DNA from: Lytechinus pictus
Taxonomy: Eukaryota
Direction of reading: 5' to 3'
NCBI RefSeq assembly: GCF_037042905.1
Contig: NC_087255.1
Span: forward strand, 10,416,001-10,480,000
DNA length: 64,000 nt
The stretch's first letter is position 1, and the number at the start of each line of letters is the position of its first letter. A model generated the notes under the pieces. That model was not told where the DNA came from and did no database searches. It worked only from the letters and a program-made list of their open reading frames with translations. This document shows, piece after piece, positions 1 through 13,922 of this stretch. A program made the position numbers and the translations under genes.

Positions 1-753
1 AGTATCAAGTTGTATTTGTGAGAACAGATAAGATTTGATGATATATTGATTGATATCAAATGTATACTCATCAAGAGGCTGTCAACGCAAAATTTTGCGT
101 TTGTTTGATTTTAAGAAATAATCATATTTAGTGAGGTCTTTTTCTTGTGAAAAATATACATGTTTATTGGAGCTAAAGCTGGGTTGATATTAATATGTGT
201 GGGCCCTGGGATAGAGTATTTATAGAATTTTTATGACTGTTACTATTGCTTTTGTATATATATTCATATGATTATAGCATTTAGTGTAATATAAATCTGA
301 GAGGCAGTCCATATCCTGAACTCTGGTTCCATTTAAAGCTACTATGTCACAGTCATTTTAAATAGCACCATCTTGAGTCTTATACTACATAATATGGACC
401 TTACATCCTTATCTAGGAAACTACAGTTTTATATGTAGCAGTAGTCTTATGATATAACCCCTACAATGATTAATGACTTGATTCTAATCTTAATAACAAT
501 CATATTATTGTATTTACCAAGAAATCATTCTTAGCATGCTGCTAGACTTTCCTGTTTTTCAATCCACTGAGATCATTTGATCATCATATTGTTGAAAACC
601 AAAATTCACAATATATTTGTGATTGTTTGATAAAAGGGTCTGTGTATTCAGACTCCTTATATTTCATAGTCCTAAAACAGGAGATTCACAGTTTTTGGTT
701 CAGTTTCTCTTTTAAATGGTGGTCTAAAGTGGTTAGCCTTTTTAGCTGTGCAA

Positions 754-1097
754 GAGCCGTGGTGTAGTGGTTCTGACTCTCGTCTTGAAAACAGAGGGTC
801 GTGTGTTTGAATCCCATCAGTGTCTAGCTTTCTTTGGCTAGGCATCAATCCACACTTTCTCACTCTCAACCCAGGTGCTAAATGGGTATCCGGTAGGATG
901 CGAAAGCCTATGTAGTATGCCTAGCAAATGAGTCTTGGAACTCTTGTTGGAATGCTCCCCCGGGAGTGGAGAAGGTGCATACATTGTATACGGGCGTGCA
1001 AGGATCCGATGACCGGGGTAATAATATGCTGTAAAGCGCTTTGGGCCATTATGGGGAAAAGAGCTATATAAAAAATAGCTATTATTATTATTATTAC
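754..1097 (+). mobile_element. tRNA-derived SINE, near full length
   Basis: tRNA-like head with A box (GTGGTGTAGTGG) and degenerate B box (GTTTGAATCCC), central ctcaacccaggtg..aaatgggta motif, L2/CR1-type tail gtaaagcgctttg...gctatataaa and (ATT)n end. Confidence 0.8.
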
Positions 1098-2668
1098 TAT
1101 CATTAGCCAAATGTAGCATAAATCTAAAACTGCAGATGTTCAATTTATCAGCTAATTTGGCATTAAAATTATTAAGAAAAAAAAAATGTCCAGAAAATTT
1201 AAATGCAGGTATATATTCAATGTTGAGGCACAATTAACTCATCCAGTTTAGTATCAGAACCTAAAAAAAAAAAAAAAAAGTCTTCATAAGTTTGGCTTTC
1301 AACAAATTTAGAAAGCATTCAGATTATGGCTGAGGTTGAACCAGTGTTCAGAATATGTGTTTTAGGGTTTTGGAATGTAGAATTTAAGAATAAATTATTG
1401 CCATTGAATGGATTTTTTTTACTTTTCTACTCTTCTCATGATGATTGATTCTACACGCTTTCCTTTTTCAGGTGTACAATGTTTTAAAGCTCATGAAATC
1501 AGTTTTATAATATTGTAAATCATGATGCCTCTATCTAAATTTCTTCATGATTTACAAAGAAAGTTGAAATTTGCACATTTTAGAGTAAACCAGAGTGGAA
1601 ACTTTTGAATGATTTCTTGCCTCAGACGCTACCAGTACTATAATTTGTCAGAGAAGACATTCATGTAATTATTTTGAGCACTTTGGCCTGCCCCCAAACA
1701 ACATCATTGTGTGTTATTACGAATTCATTCAAGAAATAATATTGTGATATTTCAATTTCAATTTTCAATTTCAATTTCAATTTCAATTCAATTTCAATTT
1801 CATTTATTTCACATCTCTCATAAAAACATTCAAATGACAAATACAATATAAAAACATATTCATACAAATATACACAATAGAAACAAAGAAAAAAAATACA
1901 ATGTAGGATATTTATAACATAACTAATGAAGTAGCTAAGAGCCTTAAAATTGATACAGCAAGTTTGTATGTTTATTTTTAGGGTATTCAATATGAATGAT
2001 GGACAAATAGTGTTTGCCATTTATTTTATTATTACATACGCACTTTTTTGAAAATACTATATATATATATATATATATTTCTCTACATCTGTGTTTAAGG
2101 CAAATTTTTTTTGTCTTCTTTTGTTGTTCGTAATGCGCCTTAACGCCCTCTACCTTCGTCTTTACGTCTAAATGTGTATTATGACGGAATAAACCCATTC
2201 ATAGACTTTGCCCTTTCGTAGGATGTAGGCATATATATATATATGTATATATGTATATATATATATATATATTATATTAGTATATATATATATACTGTAT
2301 AAATAAGAACCTAACCTTCATCAATACTTTTCTCTAATATTCCTACTTTTAAAACTATTTTGACACCAGGCTAGAACTACCTCCTTAAGAGTACTCTACA
2401 CCTCATCTCTTATCGAAATAAATCATTTTGCTAAAATTGCCTGCTATCTTAAAGATTACGAGGGCTGTATCATTTTTATATATATATATAATCTATTTGA
2501 TATTCATTTTAAATTGTTTATTCATGTATCTTAGTATATTCTTTATCAAAGAATCGAAAAATAAATTAACATAACAATCCTAGTTAACATTGTATCTGTG
2601 TGTGTGTGTTCGATTTTGTGAAGAAAAGCATTAAGCCTCTTAAAGGTATTTCTTTCAAGAGCAAAACA

Positions 2669-3205
2669 GGGCCCCGTCTTACATAGAGTTGCGATTGATC
2701 CAATCAACCACAACTATGGAAAGCCAGCAATATCAACACCTAAAATGCATGTTTGTTCAAATTATTTTCTACTGATATGATGTATATTCATACATGCATC
2801 ATTTTCTTGAAAATTCGGTGTGCCTTTCTTTGTTTACAAAGGACAATGTGCAACTTTCCTGTAGAACAAATTATGACATTGATGGATTTCCATATATTTG
2901 AGGTCGATCGGATCAAACGTAACTCTTTCGCAAGACAGGGCCCTGTCTAACAGTTAGGATTGATCCAATCAATTGTAACTCTATGGAAATCCATCAGTGT
3001 CATAATTGTCTATACAGGAAATTCGTAAAATGTCCTTTGTAAACAAAGAGAAGCACAGTGAATTTTCAAGAAAACAATGAATGCATGGATATACATCAAA
3101 GCTAGAAAATATTTTGAACAAACACGCATAATAGAAGTTGATGTTGCTGGCCATCCATAGGTGCGATTGATCGGATCAATCGCAACTCTTTGTAAGACGG
3201 GGCCC
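2669..3205. mobile_element. Two ~270-bp MITE copies in inverted orientation sharing one GGGCCC junction
   Basis: TIR ggccccgtcttac..agagttgcgattgatc at 2670 and its reverse complement ending at 3205; junction gggccc at 2938-2943. Same family at 31352-31632 and 41260-41527. Confidence 0.8.
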
Positions 3206-3379
3206 AGATGTGAGACACAGGCATCGCATTTACAACAGCGGCGGTGGTGGCGTCAGAATCAGAAGTTAAGGATTTTTAAACATAATGACGGAGTTTCAGG
3301 TTAACAACAATTAAAGACAAACTAGTTATTATGTATGTGTGTGCTACAAGTGCAATTCTTTAATAGCAGTATGGGAATA

Positions 3380-3782
3380 CAGACATGCCAAGTTGCCAAC
3401 CATTCCCTTTTTAGAGTATTTGTTCCTCCTTTTTTGCTATGAATACTTTTTTGTATGATTTAGTACTTCTGATCATGGAGTATGTATTATACACAACGCG
3501 TGACACTAGTCCCAGACCGGTAAAAATCACTGTCGGGGCCAGTAACTTGTTGCATGACAAAAACAAGTAAATTCTGGCCTACGAGCACAAGTTTATAAGG
3601 GTGAATTATCAAGTTTTCAAGTAGAGTCATTTCACATATTTTTTTCACCGATCTCACTACAACAGACTGGTGATTATTACGTTGAGCCAAGTTTTTTTTA
3701 ATACTCTTTTTTGTAAAAAAAAAAAAAAAAATTCTCCTTCTAAGAATACTTTTTAAGGGGTTGTAGAAGGTTGGAAGGTCTG
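3380..3782. mobile_element. Non-autonomous hAT-like element with 6-bp TSD
   Basis: Imperfect TIRs cagacatgccaa / ttggaaggtctg; GGAATA duplicated at 3374-3379 and 3783-3788. Confidence 0.65.
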
Positions 3783-4233
3783 GGAATACTGTTTACAGTA
3801 ACGCCGATTTGATGCAGGTTCGGGTTCTAAAATTCATGACTGTTAAAATGTAGTAATTTCACCTTGAATTTATTCATACTTATACTGTTTTTCATAATTA
3901 GTTTCTCTTCCACCACAGTAAAGCCTTTACTTCAGTATGTAGCAGAAAATACAAAATCCCTTAAAAAAAAAAAAAATCAAAGCATGTTTAGACTACTTGT
4001 ATATTACAATTCAAAGGGAATTTGTACATGGCATTGTTGTTATAGAGACTACATCTACATGCAATTTGAATAAGACTGAATATCACAGAAAATGTAATCG
4101 TAATTACTAATATGCAAAGAAATACTTATTCTTTTCTTTCAAAAAGGAATAAAGAATGTTGCAATTTCAACTATTTTAAAGTCATCTTCGTGATCATGTT
4201 ACAGTTATCTGTTTATTTGATTTAATCCCAATG

Positions 4234-4285
4234 ATAATAATAATAGCCAAGTTTTATATAGCGCTTTTCCAAGAACGGCTCAAAG
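4234..4285 (-). mobile_element. 3' tail fragment of SINE/LINE (same tail as the 754-1097 SINE)
   Basis: Reverse complement of taataatatgctgtaaagcgcttt...gcgctatataaaa..tattattatt. Confidence 0.6.
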
Positions 4286-4591
4286 CGCTTTACAGCATAT
4301 TATTAATCCCAAAGAAAATCAAATTTCTGGGGATTATCTTGGATGTCGACTGAAAACAATCTTTAAGATTAAATCAATGATCATGATGCTGTAGGACTGA
4401 CAGAATAACTGAATATGTGACCGGTCGGAAATTAGTCTACCGATAGACTTAAATATAGATGAACATATCGTTTCCTGTAAGCAGACTTTTTCACTTATCA
4501 TTCTTTACAAAATACTTGCATAACAATTTTGGAACATACCGACAATTTGCAATAAGAACCATAAGGATATAAGTCTATTGGGAAGGCAGAT

Positions 4592-4896
4592 TTATGGTTC
4601 TTTTTCTTCGTATGTGTATAAATTCATCGAGTCCTTAGGTCCCTTTTGGGCATATTCTTCCCAGGAGCCGTCATACACTGCTACGTCTTCCTTCCCCACC
4701 AGGAAGGCGCTCATGGCTAGGATGGAGGCTGTGATTCCAATGTAGCATGACGAGGTCAAAGGTCGGGACAGGTCGATGCCGCGTGACTTGAAGAGGTGTC
4801 GGAGGTCGTCGGGTGACCTGAACTTAGTGCCGTCATCGTTGAGAACGTTGTTGAAAGGGATGTTTGTCGCCATCTTCATGATACCAAGGGGGGTAT
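4592..4896 (-). CDS. Sulfurtransferase paralog A (TST/MPST rhodanese family), exon 3 of 3 with catalytic Cys
   Basis: Acceptor tttttctgtgcttag|AT (phase 1). Encodes DLSRPLTSSCYIGITAS and the C-terminal rhodanese signature VAVYDGSWEEY. Gene model join(complement 11551-11676, 7690-8281, 4592-4896) = 340 aa. Confidence 0.93.
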
Positions 4897-5029
4897 CTAA
4901 GCACAGAAAAAGGGAACCCGTTGCATAAATGTTACTGTTTTGGTAACTTCGAGATCAAATGAACATTGTAGGAGGGATGGGGTGACTATCAATATAAAGG
5001 ATAACAATTACGTTGAAGTGTCAAGAAGA

Positions 5030-7110
5030 TATGGTGACTATCAAAGAGGAAAAATGAACAATATAAGATAAAAGGTGGCGACCAGATTGAAAAAAGGCAA
5101 AAAAAAGGGTGACGATCAGAGGAAAAGGGCGACGATCAGAGGAAAAGGGTGACGATCAGAGGAAAAGCGTGACGATCAAAGAGAAAGGTTGATGATCAAA
5201 TAGAAAGGGTGATGATCAAAGATAAAGATTGACAATCAAAGGGAAAAGGTGACGATCAAAGAGAAAGGTTGACGACCAAAGGGAAAGGGGTACGATAAAA
5301 AAAATGGATGACGATCAAACAGAAAGGTGGATGATCAAAGAGAAAGGGTGACGATCAAAGAGATAGGATGACGATCAAAGAGAAAGGGTGGTGATCAAAC
5401 AGAAAGGGTGGCGATCAAAAAGTAAGGGTGATGATCAAATGGAAAGGGTGACGATCAAAGAGAAAAGTTGATGATCAAACAGAAAGGGTGACGATCAAAC
5501 AAAAAGGGTGGCGATCAAAAAGAAAGGGTGATGATCAAAGGGAAAGGGTGACGATTAAACAGAAAGGGTGACGATCAAAGAGAAAGAAAGATGATCAGAG
5601 AGGAAAGGCGACGATCAAAGAAAAAGTTGACGATCAAAGAGGTTGACGATCAAAGAGAATGGGTAACGGTTAAAGAGAAAGAGTGACGTTCAAAGAGAAA
5701 GGGTGACGATCAAAGGGAAATGGTAACGGTTAAAGAAAAAGGGGTGACGTTCAAAGGGAAGGGTGACGATGAAAGAGAAAGGATGACGACCAAAGAGGAT
5801 GACGATCAAAGAAAAGTGTGACGCTCAAAGAGAAAGGGTGACGATCAAAAAGAAAGGTTGACGATCAAAGAGAAAGCTTGATGATCAAAGGGAAAGGGTG
5901 ACGATCACAGAGAAAAGTTGACGATCAATGAGAAAGGGTGACGATCAAAGAAAAGGGTAAAGATAAAAAAGGAGAAAGGGTGACGATCAAAGAGAAAGGT
6001 TGACGATCAAAGAGAAAGTTTTGATGATCAAAGGGAAAGGTGACGATCACAGAGAAAAGTTGACAATCAATGATAAAGGGTGGTGATCAAACAGATAGGG
6101 TGATGCTCAGAGAGAAAAGGTGACGATCAAAGAGAAAGGTTGACGAGCAAAGAGAAAGGTTGACGAGCAAAGAGAATGAAAGACGATCAGAGAGGAAGGT
6201 TGACGATCAAAGGGAAAGGGTGCTGATCAAAGATAAAGGGTGACGATCAAATAAAAGGGTAAAGATAAAAAAGGAGAAAGGGTGACGATCAAAGAGAAAG
6301 GGTGAAGAACAAAGAGAACGGGTGATGATAAAAAAAGAAAGGATGATGATCAAAGAAAGGGTGGTGATCATGAGAAAAGGTGATGATCAAAGATAAAGGT
6401 TGACGATCAAAAAGGGATGACGATCAAAGAAAAAGGGTAACGGTTAAAGGAAATGGGGTGACGTTCAAAGGTAAGGGTGACGATCAAAGGGAAAGGGTGG
6501 TGATCAAAGAGAAAGGGTGACAATCAAAGAGAAAGGGTGACGATCAAAGAGAAAGTGTGATGATCAAAGAGAAAGTGTGGTGATTAAAGGGAAAGGGTGA
6601 TGAACAAAGGGAAAGGGTGATGATCAAAGGGAAAGGGTGACGATCAAAGAGAAAGGATGACGATCAAAGAGAAAGGTTGACGAACAAAGAGAAAGGTTGA
6701 TGATCAAAGAGAATAGTTGACGATCAAAGAGAAAGGGTGATGATCAAATAGAAAGGTTGACGATGAAAAAGGATGATGATCAAAGAGAAAGATTGACGAT
6801 CAAACAGAAATAGTAACGATCATAGAGAAGGGATGACGATCATAGAGAAAGAGTGATGATCAAAGAGAAAGGGTGACGATCAAACAGAAGGGTGACGATA
6901 ACAGAGAACGGGTGACGATCATAGAGAAGGGATGACGATCAAATAGAAAGGGTGACGATTAAAGAGAAAGGGTAATAATCAAAGAGAAAGGTTGGTGATC
7001 AAAGAGGAAGGGTGATGATCAAAGGGAAAGGATGACGATCAAAGAGATTAGGGCTGTAGATCAAAGAGAATGGGGGACGATAAAACAGAAAGGATGATGA
7101 TCATTTAGAA
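5030..7110. repeat. Purine-rich ~20-bp minisatellite (consensus GAGAAAGGGTGACGATCAAA), roughly 100 copies, intronic
   Basis: Directly visible tandem array inside intron 2 (4897-7689) of paralog A. Confidence 0.95.
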
Positions 7111-7689
7111 TGTGTGACCATTATCTTAAAAGGGTGTCAATGAAGAAGAAAAGTCGATGTTTAGAAGGAAATAGTGAAGATCAACGACAAAGGGTAAAAA
7201 TTAAAAAATGCTGTTCATGAAATCATACGGGGAACCACAAACAAAATGCCACTTTGTTTGCACAATATATTTTTGGAACGAATTTTGTCGTTTGTCATAA
7301 ATTACCGAATTGCTGGCGATAAAATGAGAAGCAAAAGAGGGGAGAATATTTAATTCAATGGAAAATTCATCCAGAGGAGGGCTGTCCTGCCGAACCCCCG
7401 GATCTGCCACTGTGTAAATAAAAAAAGATAAGGGCCACTCAGACATAGGATGTTGGTCAAAGCGAAAAGCAAATGATTGATTCAGAAATACTCGCAACGA
7501 TCATAGAAATCATGGAAAAGTAAAAGGGTGATTGGCAATTAAAAATGCACACTGAACGACAGAAAAGCGGTAAAAAATAGTTGTTGTGACATGTGGTCAC
7601 TTTCTTGAGCAGATACGGTAGTCAAAGAGAAGTGGTGACGACTGAAGAGACAGGCTGCTAAAGTAATAACTGAGTAACGAGCATACTAC

Positions 7690-8281
7690 CTTCATAAACA
7701 GAAGGCTTCGATCCATCATACCATTCCTCAAGACGAGCATCCATGATCTGGAATTCTTTATCCTTCACGTTCTGTAATATGTCTTCGAAACCCTTGTAGA
7801 GTTCCTCGCGTCTCTCCGTCACCTTGAACTCGGCAGCTTCTGGCGCAGGCGGTGGTACCTCCGTCACCATTCGGTTCTCCGCCATCCACTGCGGAAGCCC
7901 GCCGTCCAGTACGGAGATGGCATCGTGGTTGAAATACCGGAACATCCACCATATCCTCGGTGCCGTCATGACCTTGACCTGCTCCTCGTAGAGAACGACG
8001 TGCGTGTCGTTGTCGACGCCGAGTGTCTCTCCTACGTACTCGGAAAACTTCTCGGGAGTCGGGACGGTGAAACGATAGGGCGAGTCCTTGTCGCAGAGTT
8101 GGTGTAGGTCAATGTGATGACTTCCGGGAATGCGTGCCTCCATAGTTTCCGCCCCGATCCTAGTAGCGTCAAGAACTCGGAAGGGTCTTCCTTCCGGTGT
8201 CTTCCGTGATGTCATTGCTTCTGCTATCCATTCCGTACTGACTAAAGCTGGGTACTGTGCTTTAGAGATTACAGTCGTATG
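7690..8281 (-). CDS. Sulfurtransferase paralog A, exon 2 (N-terminal rhodanese domain and linker)
   Basis: Acceptor cttcaacag|CAT (phase 0), donor G|gtagta (phase 1). YPALVSTEW, RVLDA, RIPGS, NDTHVVLY, APRIWWMFR, SVLDGG match rhodanese. Length 592 bp, identical to exon 2 of paralog B. Confidence 0.93.
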
Positions 8282-9036
8282 CTGTTGAAGATATTGGGTG
8301 TGGAATGAAAATATACAGATACTGTTATTGCAAGGAGTTTAAAGAGATGGAGAACCATCCAACACATTCCCTATAAAGCCGCTTTGATTCCGCAAGGATA
8401 AAATATGTTAGACATGTTCTTAATTGGATGTGTCTTGCAGATTGTAGACAAAAAATACCTACCTAACTACAGACTTACTGGCCAGATACGATATGATATA
8501 TGCTTTTGTAATTATGATTACTTTTCGCTGCCTCTGGTCGGTTATTAAGAACAGACACATTGCCAGCTTTTACAGGCGGGAGAAAAATAAATGTTGCAAT
8601 ATGTATTGAATTATTATATGAAATTACTCGACTGTCCGCATGTAGCCTCAACTGTGACACATAACATCACAAATAGATATAATCTCTGAAACTAATCTTA
8701 TTTTGGGGTAAAGTGGAAGTGTGTGGTAATTTGTAAAATGTTGATGTAAGGATTGTCAACATTCGAGGGTTTTCACATTTTGAAACTGTTTTCATACAAT
8801 ATTTCGCTCACTTTCAGGACATAATATAAAACTTTAAAATATATTTCGACATGTGTTTAATATCCACGTTTTTTTATCAAGTAAGTTTGGAAATATTCGC
8901 AGTTATATATTTTCAACACAAATCACTTTTCAGTTTCCCATGAAACTGGCGGCATCGCAGGAAGCCACCGAAGTATACAGTGCCCCTGTGTATTCTTTTG
9001 TAGGCCTGCTTCTTTAGAAATCAGAAGCTACATGAA

Positions 9037-10310
9037 CAGTGGCGTAGCTAGGATTTTTTTCCCGAGGGGGCACTGGGAGGGGTCCTTGCTTTTTCAGGGG
9101 GGGCACCGGCCATTTTTCCGGTGTGTGTATGTGTCCACAAGGGCGGATCCGACTTTCGCCAATAGGGGACGGAACCCGAAATTATCTTCACCTATATCAG
9201 TCACTTCTTAGTTTTATTCTTATAAACTAACATAAACATAAAATAATCTCATAAGCCTTATAAAAAGTGCGAGCGCGAAGCGCGAGCGATTTTTTTTTTT
9301 ACTTTAATGTATTTTTTCCTGAAAATTTAATTTTCTGGGCAATGTTATGTGTGATCCTGAACAAGATTCGTATGTAACTAGATGGTTACTGCGAACGCCA
9401 AGCGCGAACAGAAATTTTTTTCAACTGTTCTAGCATTATCGAAAAGGGACCTGTTATAGGACTGCTTACAGCTACCCACGGACACGGTATATATTTCAAT
9501 AATGCGAGCGCGAAGCGCGAGCAAATTTTTTGACATTCCGACCTAAAAATGGTCATTCTAAGCATTTTTTGTATTAATAAATGGGATAGGTATGTAACTA
9601 AACAATTGATGCGAGAGGAAGAAAATTGAGATTTTAGACCTAAAAGCGGGACACTCTATTCATATTTTGTAAGTCATAAACAGGATATAGTCAATCGGGT
9701 ATCATTAATAATAGACAATTATTGATATTCTGATGTGAAACTGGATAATTTAAGTACATTTTAAATAAAGAACATGCAGGCTATCGCGCATGTTTTAGAT
9801 TTAGACCTAGAATCTGGGCATTCTGAATACATTTGTTTAATGGAACATTGTGGAATACACGTAGACAATATGAACTTGGCAAATCAAACAATGTGACCAC
9901 GCAGCGTGAGCTTAAAATGCTGATATGTAGACCATAAAACGGACATTTTACAGAAATGTGTAAATGAAAAAAAAATGAAAGCTCGATGTCCGAGCTAAAA
10001 TACGTTTTGCATATCGACTCCAAAACTTGCTCCATATCAGCCTATCGAGCAAGATATTAATCCCATCGAACAGGCAATTATGGCGCGAAGCGCCAGCAAA
10101 AATTTTATATACTAATATGAAAAGATTTTTTTAAATTGCAAGTCTTCCCCTCACATTATTTCATTCACTCGTCTGCCTCTTATTTTCCTCTTCTTTTTTC
10201 TTCTGTCTTTCTTCTTTTCCTTTTTTCTTTCTTCTCCCTTTTTTGCTCTGCCAATTTTTTCAGGGGGGCACGTGCCCCCCAGGCCCCCCCCCCCCGTAGC
10301 TACGCCACTG
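9037..10310. mobile_element. Non-autonomous hAT-like DNA transposon (intron 1 of paralog A)
   Basis: TIR cagtggcgtagcta / tagctacgccactg; 8-bp TSD tacatgaa / tatatgaa (7/8); internal gcgagcgcgaagcgcgagc motifs. Confidence 0.8.
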
Positions 10311-11274
10311 TATATGAATTAATTTGCATTTCGTTGTCACTCCATCTCTTAAAGCTCTTTGGTTATTGCCTGATTTTATACATTTCTGTCAATTGAAAAT
10401 GCGTACAATTTGATGGCATTCCTTTTGTATCCCACAACTACTCAATGTTGTTAGAATAATGTTGGAACAAATTAATAGTTTAGGTGAAAGAATAAACAAA
10501 ATATTTTCCTAGCATCAAATGGTACGAATCCAAGGTCAGTTATGTTTGGGAAAAGGAATGATATTGCCCGATTATGTGGAATTGACAAAGACATATCTTT
10601 TCAATACTTATCTACCATTCTTCAATAAAGCTTGTCCTTGAAATAAAAACACGAAAATACAACATTTAATTACTTGTTTTATCTTTGCTTACTTAATTAC
10701 GTCATAATTTTCTTTTTTTTAAATATCATTCACGTTGCGGTAAATATAGTTTGTCATAGTGCAATATGTATGTAGAGTGTACATGTATGTAATTTTTGTC
10801 ATTAAGATTGAGTTTGTATGTGAAAACAGGTCAAAGTCGAATCATTTCATGAAATTGAAAAATCTATAGGCCATGAGGTATTATTGTCAATAGGTATGGA
10901 GGGACAAAGTCCTTAAATGTATTTATGGCGCGAACAACACCTCGTCTTCCGACAGGATATATGATAATAAAGACATACATTGCATATTAAAGTTTTGTTT
11001 TAGTAGATAACTTGCGTTCTAGATGCACCACCGGTATTATAAAACTAGAACTCACTCTTTGATTGATTAAGGATGGGTTGGGCTGTGCATGTGCAACAAT
11101 ACAATCTCAGTTCGATTTGTAGGTAAATACACTGCCACATGACAGATTGCCTTTTAACATGTAATTCCATTTTTTAAATGTTTTGTGAACACACTGCAAA
11201 ATAGATTATGCTTATAGAAAGTTGATTATAAAATGTTTCCTGTGGTATAATCCTATAATAATCCTGGTCAACAC

Positions 11275-11440
11275 GGGTCGTGTGGTCCAGTGGTTAGAAC
11301 ATTGGACTCATAATCGCAAGGTCGTGAGTTCGAATCCCCACTCTGCCAGTGTCTCCACTTTGGTAAAAAGGCCCGAGAGTAATATCAGTCGTCCATAAGG
11401 TCAGCCATTATGACTGATTAACCTAGACGTAAAATGTTTC
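11275..11440 (+). mobile_element. tRNA-derived SINE head (tRNA-Met-like, CAT loop)
   Basis: A box tggtccagtgg and B box gagttcgaatcc; acceptor and anticodon stems pair poorly and non-tRNA sequence follows. Confidence 0.6.
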
Positions 11441-11550
11441 CTAAGTAATTATACAAGCTTGGCGTTTACCAGCAAAACGCTGTCATGCTGAGTTCTGCCG
11501 GAGTTACCATAAATAGTAACAGAAACAGAAATATCAAAAGATGTACTTAC

Positions 11551-11676
11551 AATAGGCCTATGTGAAGCTGACGCGTTGCAGGTAATCTTTGTCCAGTAAA
11601 CACAGCTACTTCTGGCTCCATGATGGGATATTGTTCTGAACACTGTCATCGACTGTACAAACAATATATTCCTCAT
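11551..11676 (-). CDS. Sulfurtransferase paralog A, exon 1 (mitochondrial presequence-like)
   Basis: ATG at 11676, MRNILFVQSMTVFRTISHHGARSSCVYWTKITCNASASHRPI, phase-0 donor ATT|gtaagt. The start is homologous to paralog B (MRNVFVIQS), has no acidic residues, and splices to give RPI-HTT. Confidence 0.8.
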
Positions 11677-12249
11677 GACGGATGAGACCTTGACCAATAG
11701 CAAATTCAAGCATATAGGCCTATTAAGTACTATTGAATTTCCTATCCGTATACCCAGCCAAGCCTGCCACACGAGAAGTCGCTGAAAAACTAAGGTTGAA
11801 AGTCCTATTGTTGTATTGACAAGTATGTCAAATGTAAATAGGCACTTAATATCTGGGATTGTAGATCTTAAATGTTTGCTAACGAGGTATACAGAGTTAG
11901 CTTTGGTATACAGAGCTAACTCTATACCGATGTGTCTGATTGTGAATACTTTGAAAAGGGTGAAGATACAGAGTGACGATTTGTTGATGTTCTTCTTCTT
12001 TTGTGCTGGCGATTTCAAAACAACCCCATTGTATGCTGGGCATTATATTACATATGTCCCATCAGGAAAGAAGATCATAATTGCTCCTAGCCGTTGGTAA
12101 ACACTTTTATACTTCTTTGGAGATGCAGTTACCCTGATTCAAATGTACATTTCTTCAAAAGATTCCCTTCGAATATTCAGGCAAATTTACCGTTTTTAAA
12201 AGACACTTAAGAGGGATCAATTACGTAGCAAATGATCATAATCCATCTT

Positions 12250-12281
<32 letters not shown>

Positions 12282-13922
12282 CCACACCCATACCCTCACA
12301 CATCCACACACACATATCTACTTTCTAGAACTTATTAAATCTATAGTGTCTGGAGTTACATGATTTATGCCGGAAATATATAAGTAATATATAATGTTAT
12401 TTTCAAATACATGTATTATGTCAAAATCTATCACAGTGAGCTGAGCCACAAGGCAAAATTTCCCGTCTTTTAATTTCCCAGGCCTTGCGGCATAACCTTC
12501 ATCAATAAAGGATAACAGAACAGAATGCAAATTTATCTTCTAATTCGAGTACATCCAACAAACTACTTCTGATCCTCCAACAAACAAATATTTAATGTGC
12601 GTCGAATTTCACGATTACGGGAGCACAAGTTTTTTTTTTAATGTAAAACCGCACCTTTACCATATTTTGCCTGGTAAGTTTGACCTTATTCAAATGAATT
12701 CCTGATTTTGGAGGGCAATAGCGACTTTTGCCATTGATACCTTTCAGTAAAGGTGATACGAGCACATTGAATTCATAAAGCAAGTGTTCATTTATTTTTT
12801 CGCCAAAAATAAATCATGTTAACCATAAATGTATATGACAAGTGGACATAAAACAATGTAATGTTGACGCTTTAATAAACACAAAGGACAGGTAAATTAA
12901 TTTACACTTCTGGACTAAAATTCAATTACTTGTTTTGTTGTTTTTTGGGGGTAGTTTTGGTTTACTTTTAGTTTATTTAAAATTTCCACACACAAGAGAC
13001 GCATAAGTTCAACAAAATGTAACAATACATTGGCAAAAATATGCAACATGAACATTTTTCAAGACATTCAAATTAATAACAATGTATGCAAATGAAATAA
13101 ACAGGAGAAGTAATGTGGAGGAGTCCTAGAAAAGCAATCTTGTATAAAAAAAAAAAAAAAAAAAAAAAGACCACTAAAGGCACTATCTGTGATTAATTTT
13201 CACACGACTCAAATTCTTGTGGAGTTTGTCAAATTTTAGTTTCATAGGAATCGCATTGTCTTGTTCTTCAGCTGGTGAGAAACCTAAAAATGAGAAATAT
13301 ACACATTTTTTCCATACTTAAATGAGACAATTACACAGTTAAAATGATTGTATTATTTAACAAGTTCATTTCATATCAAAATTTTGATAAAAGCGAAAAA
13401 CGAAACAGCATCAATGAAATAAGTCATATCAGCTTACTTTGTAATGAACAGTCAGAACTCATTTTATCAAACAGGTAAAATTTGCCGATTCTGATTTAAA
13501 AAAATTATCGCTCATTCTACTGTGATTTCTTTGGTAAAAAATTGGGCAAATCTTCATGACCTTCAAGAAGTCATCAAGAGGTTATTAAAACAGTCCAATT
13601 CGCAACTCTTTGGTAAATCGAATCTACAGTCATTGACCCCGTTTATGATAGGAGTTTCATCATAATGGTTTGAGATATGATTACATTTCGACGGGTTTTA
13701 CTTTGCTAGTCGAGAAAAGTACTATTGTCTGCGTAGACTGCATGGCAAATTGAAATAAAATAGAATTGCGATTCCACAATATATAAGTCCCACTCTCTCT
13801 CTCTCTGTCTTCTTTGTGCTTCTGCAAAATGGCATTATTCGTCATAACATCCTGACTAGAATTAATTCAGCTAAATCCCCGTCATCCACCCATCGAAATA
13901 TCAATAGTGCATGTTGTCAATT

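Noticed and set aside
1455-1510. Plus-strand splice acceptor tttcctttttcag as an exon of an upstream gene
   Set aside because: No supporting ORF or donor; cannot be established from this window.
5030-7110. CRISPR-like array or repetitive coding exon
   Set aside because: No unique spacers, the 20-bp period breaks frame, and it lies in a eukaryotic intron.
8472-8660. Extra exon of paralog A using the minus-strand gtaagt near 8478
   Set aside because: No clear acceptor or in-frame ATG; the exon at 11551-11676 fits better by homology.
11449-12018. 189-aa ORF as a standalone gene
   Set aside because: Only the 42 codons 11551-11676 have support, as exon 1 of paralog A; the rest has no protein-like signal.
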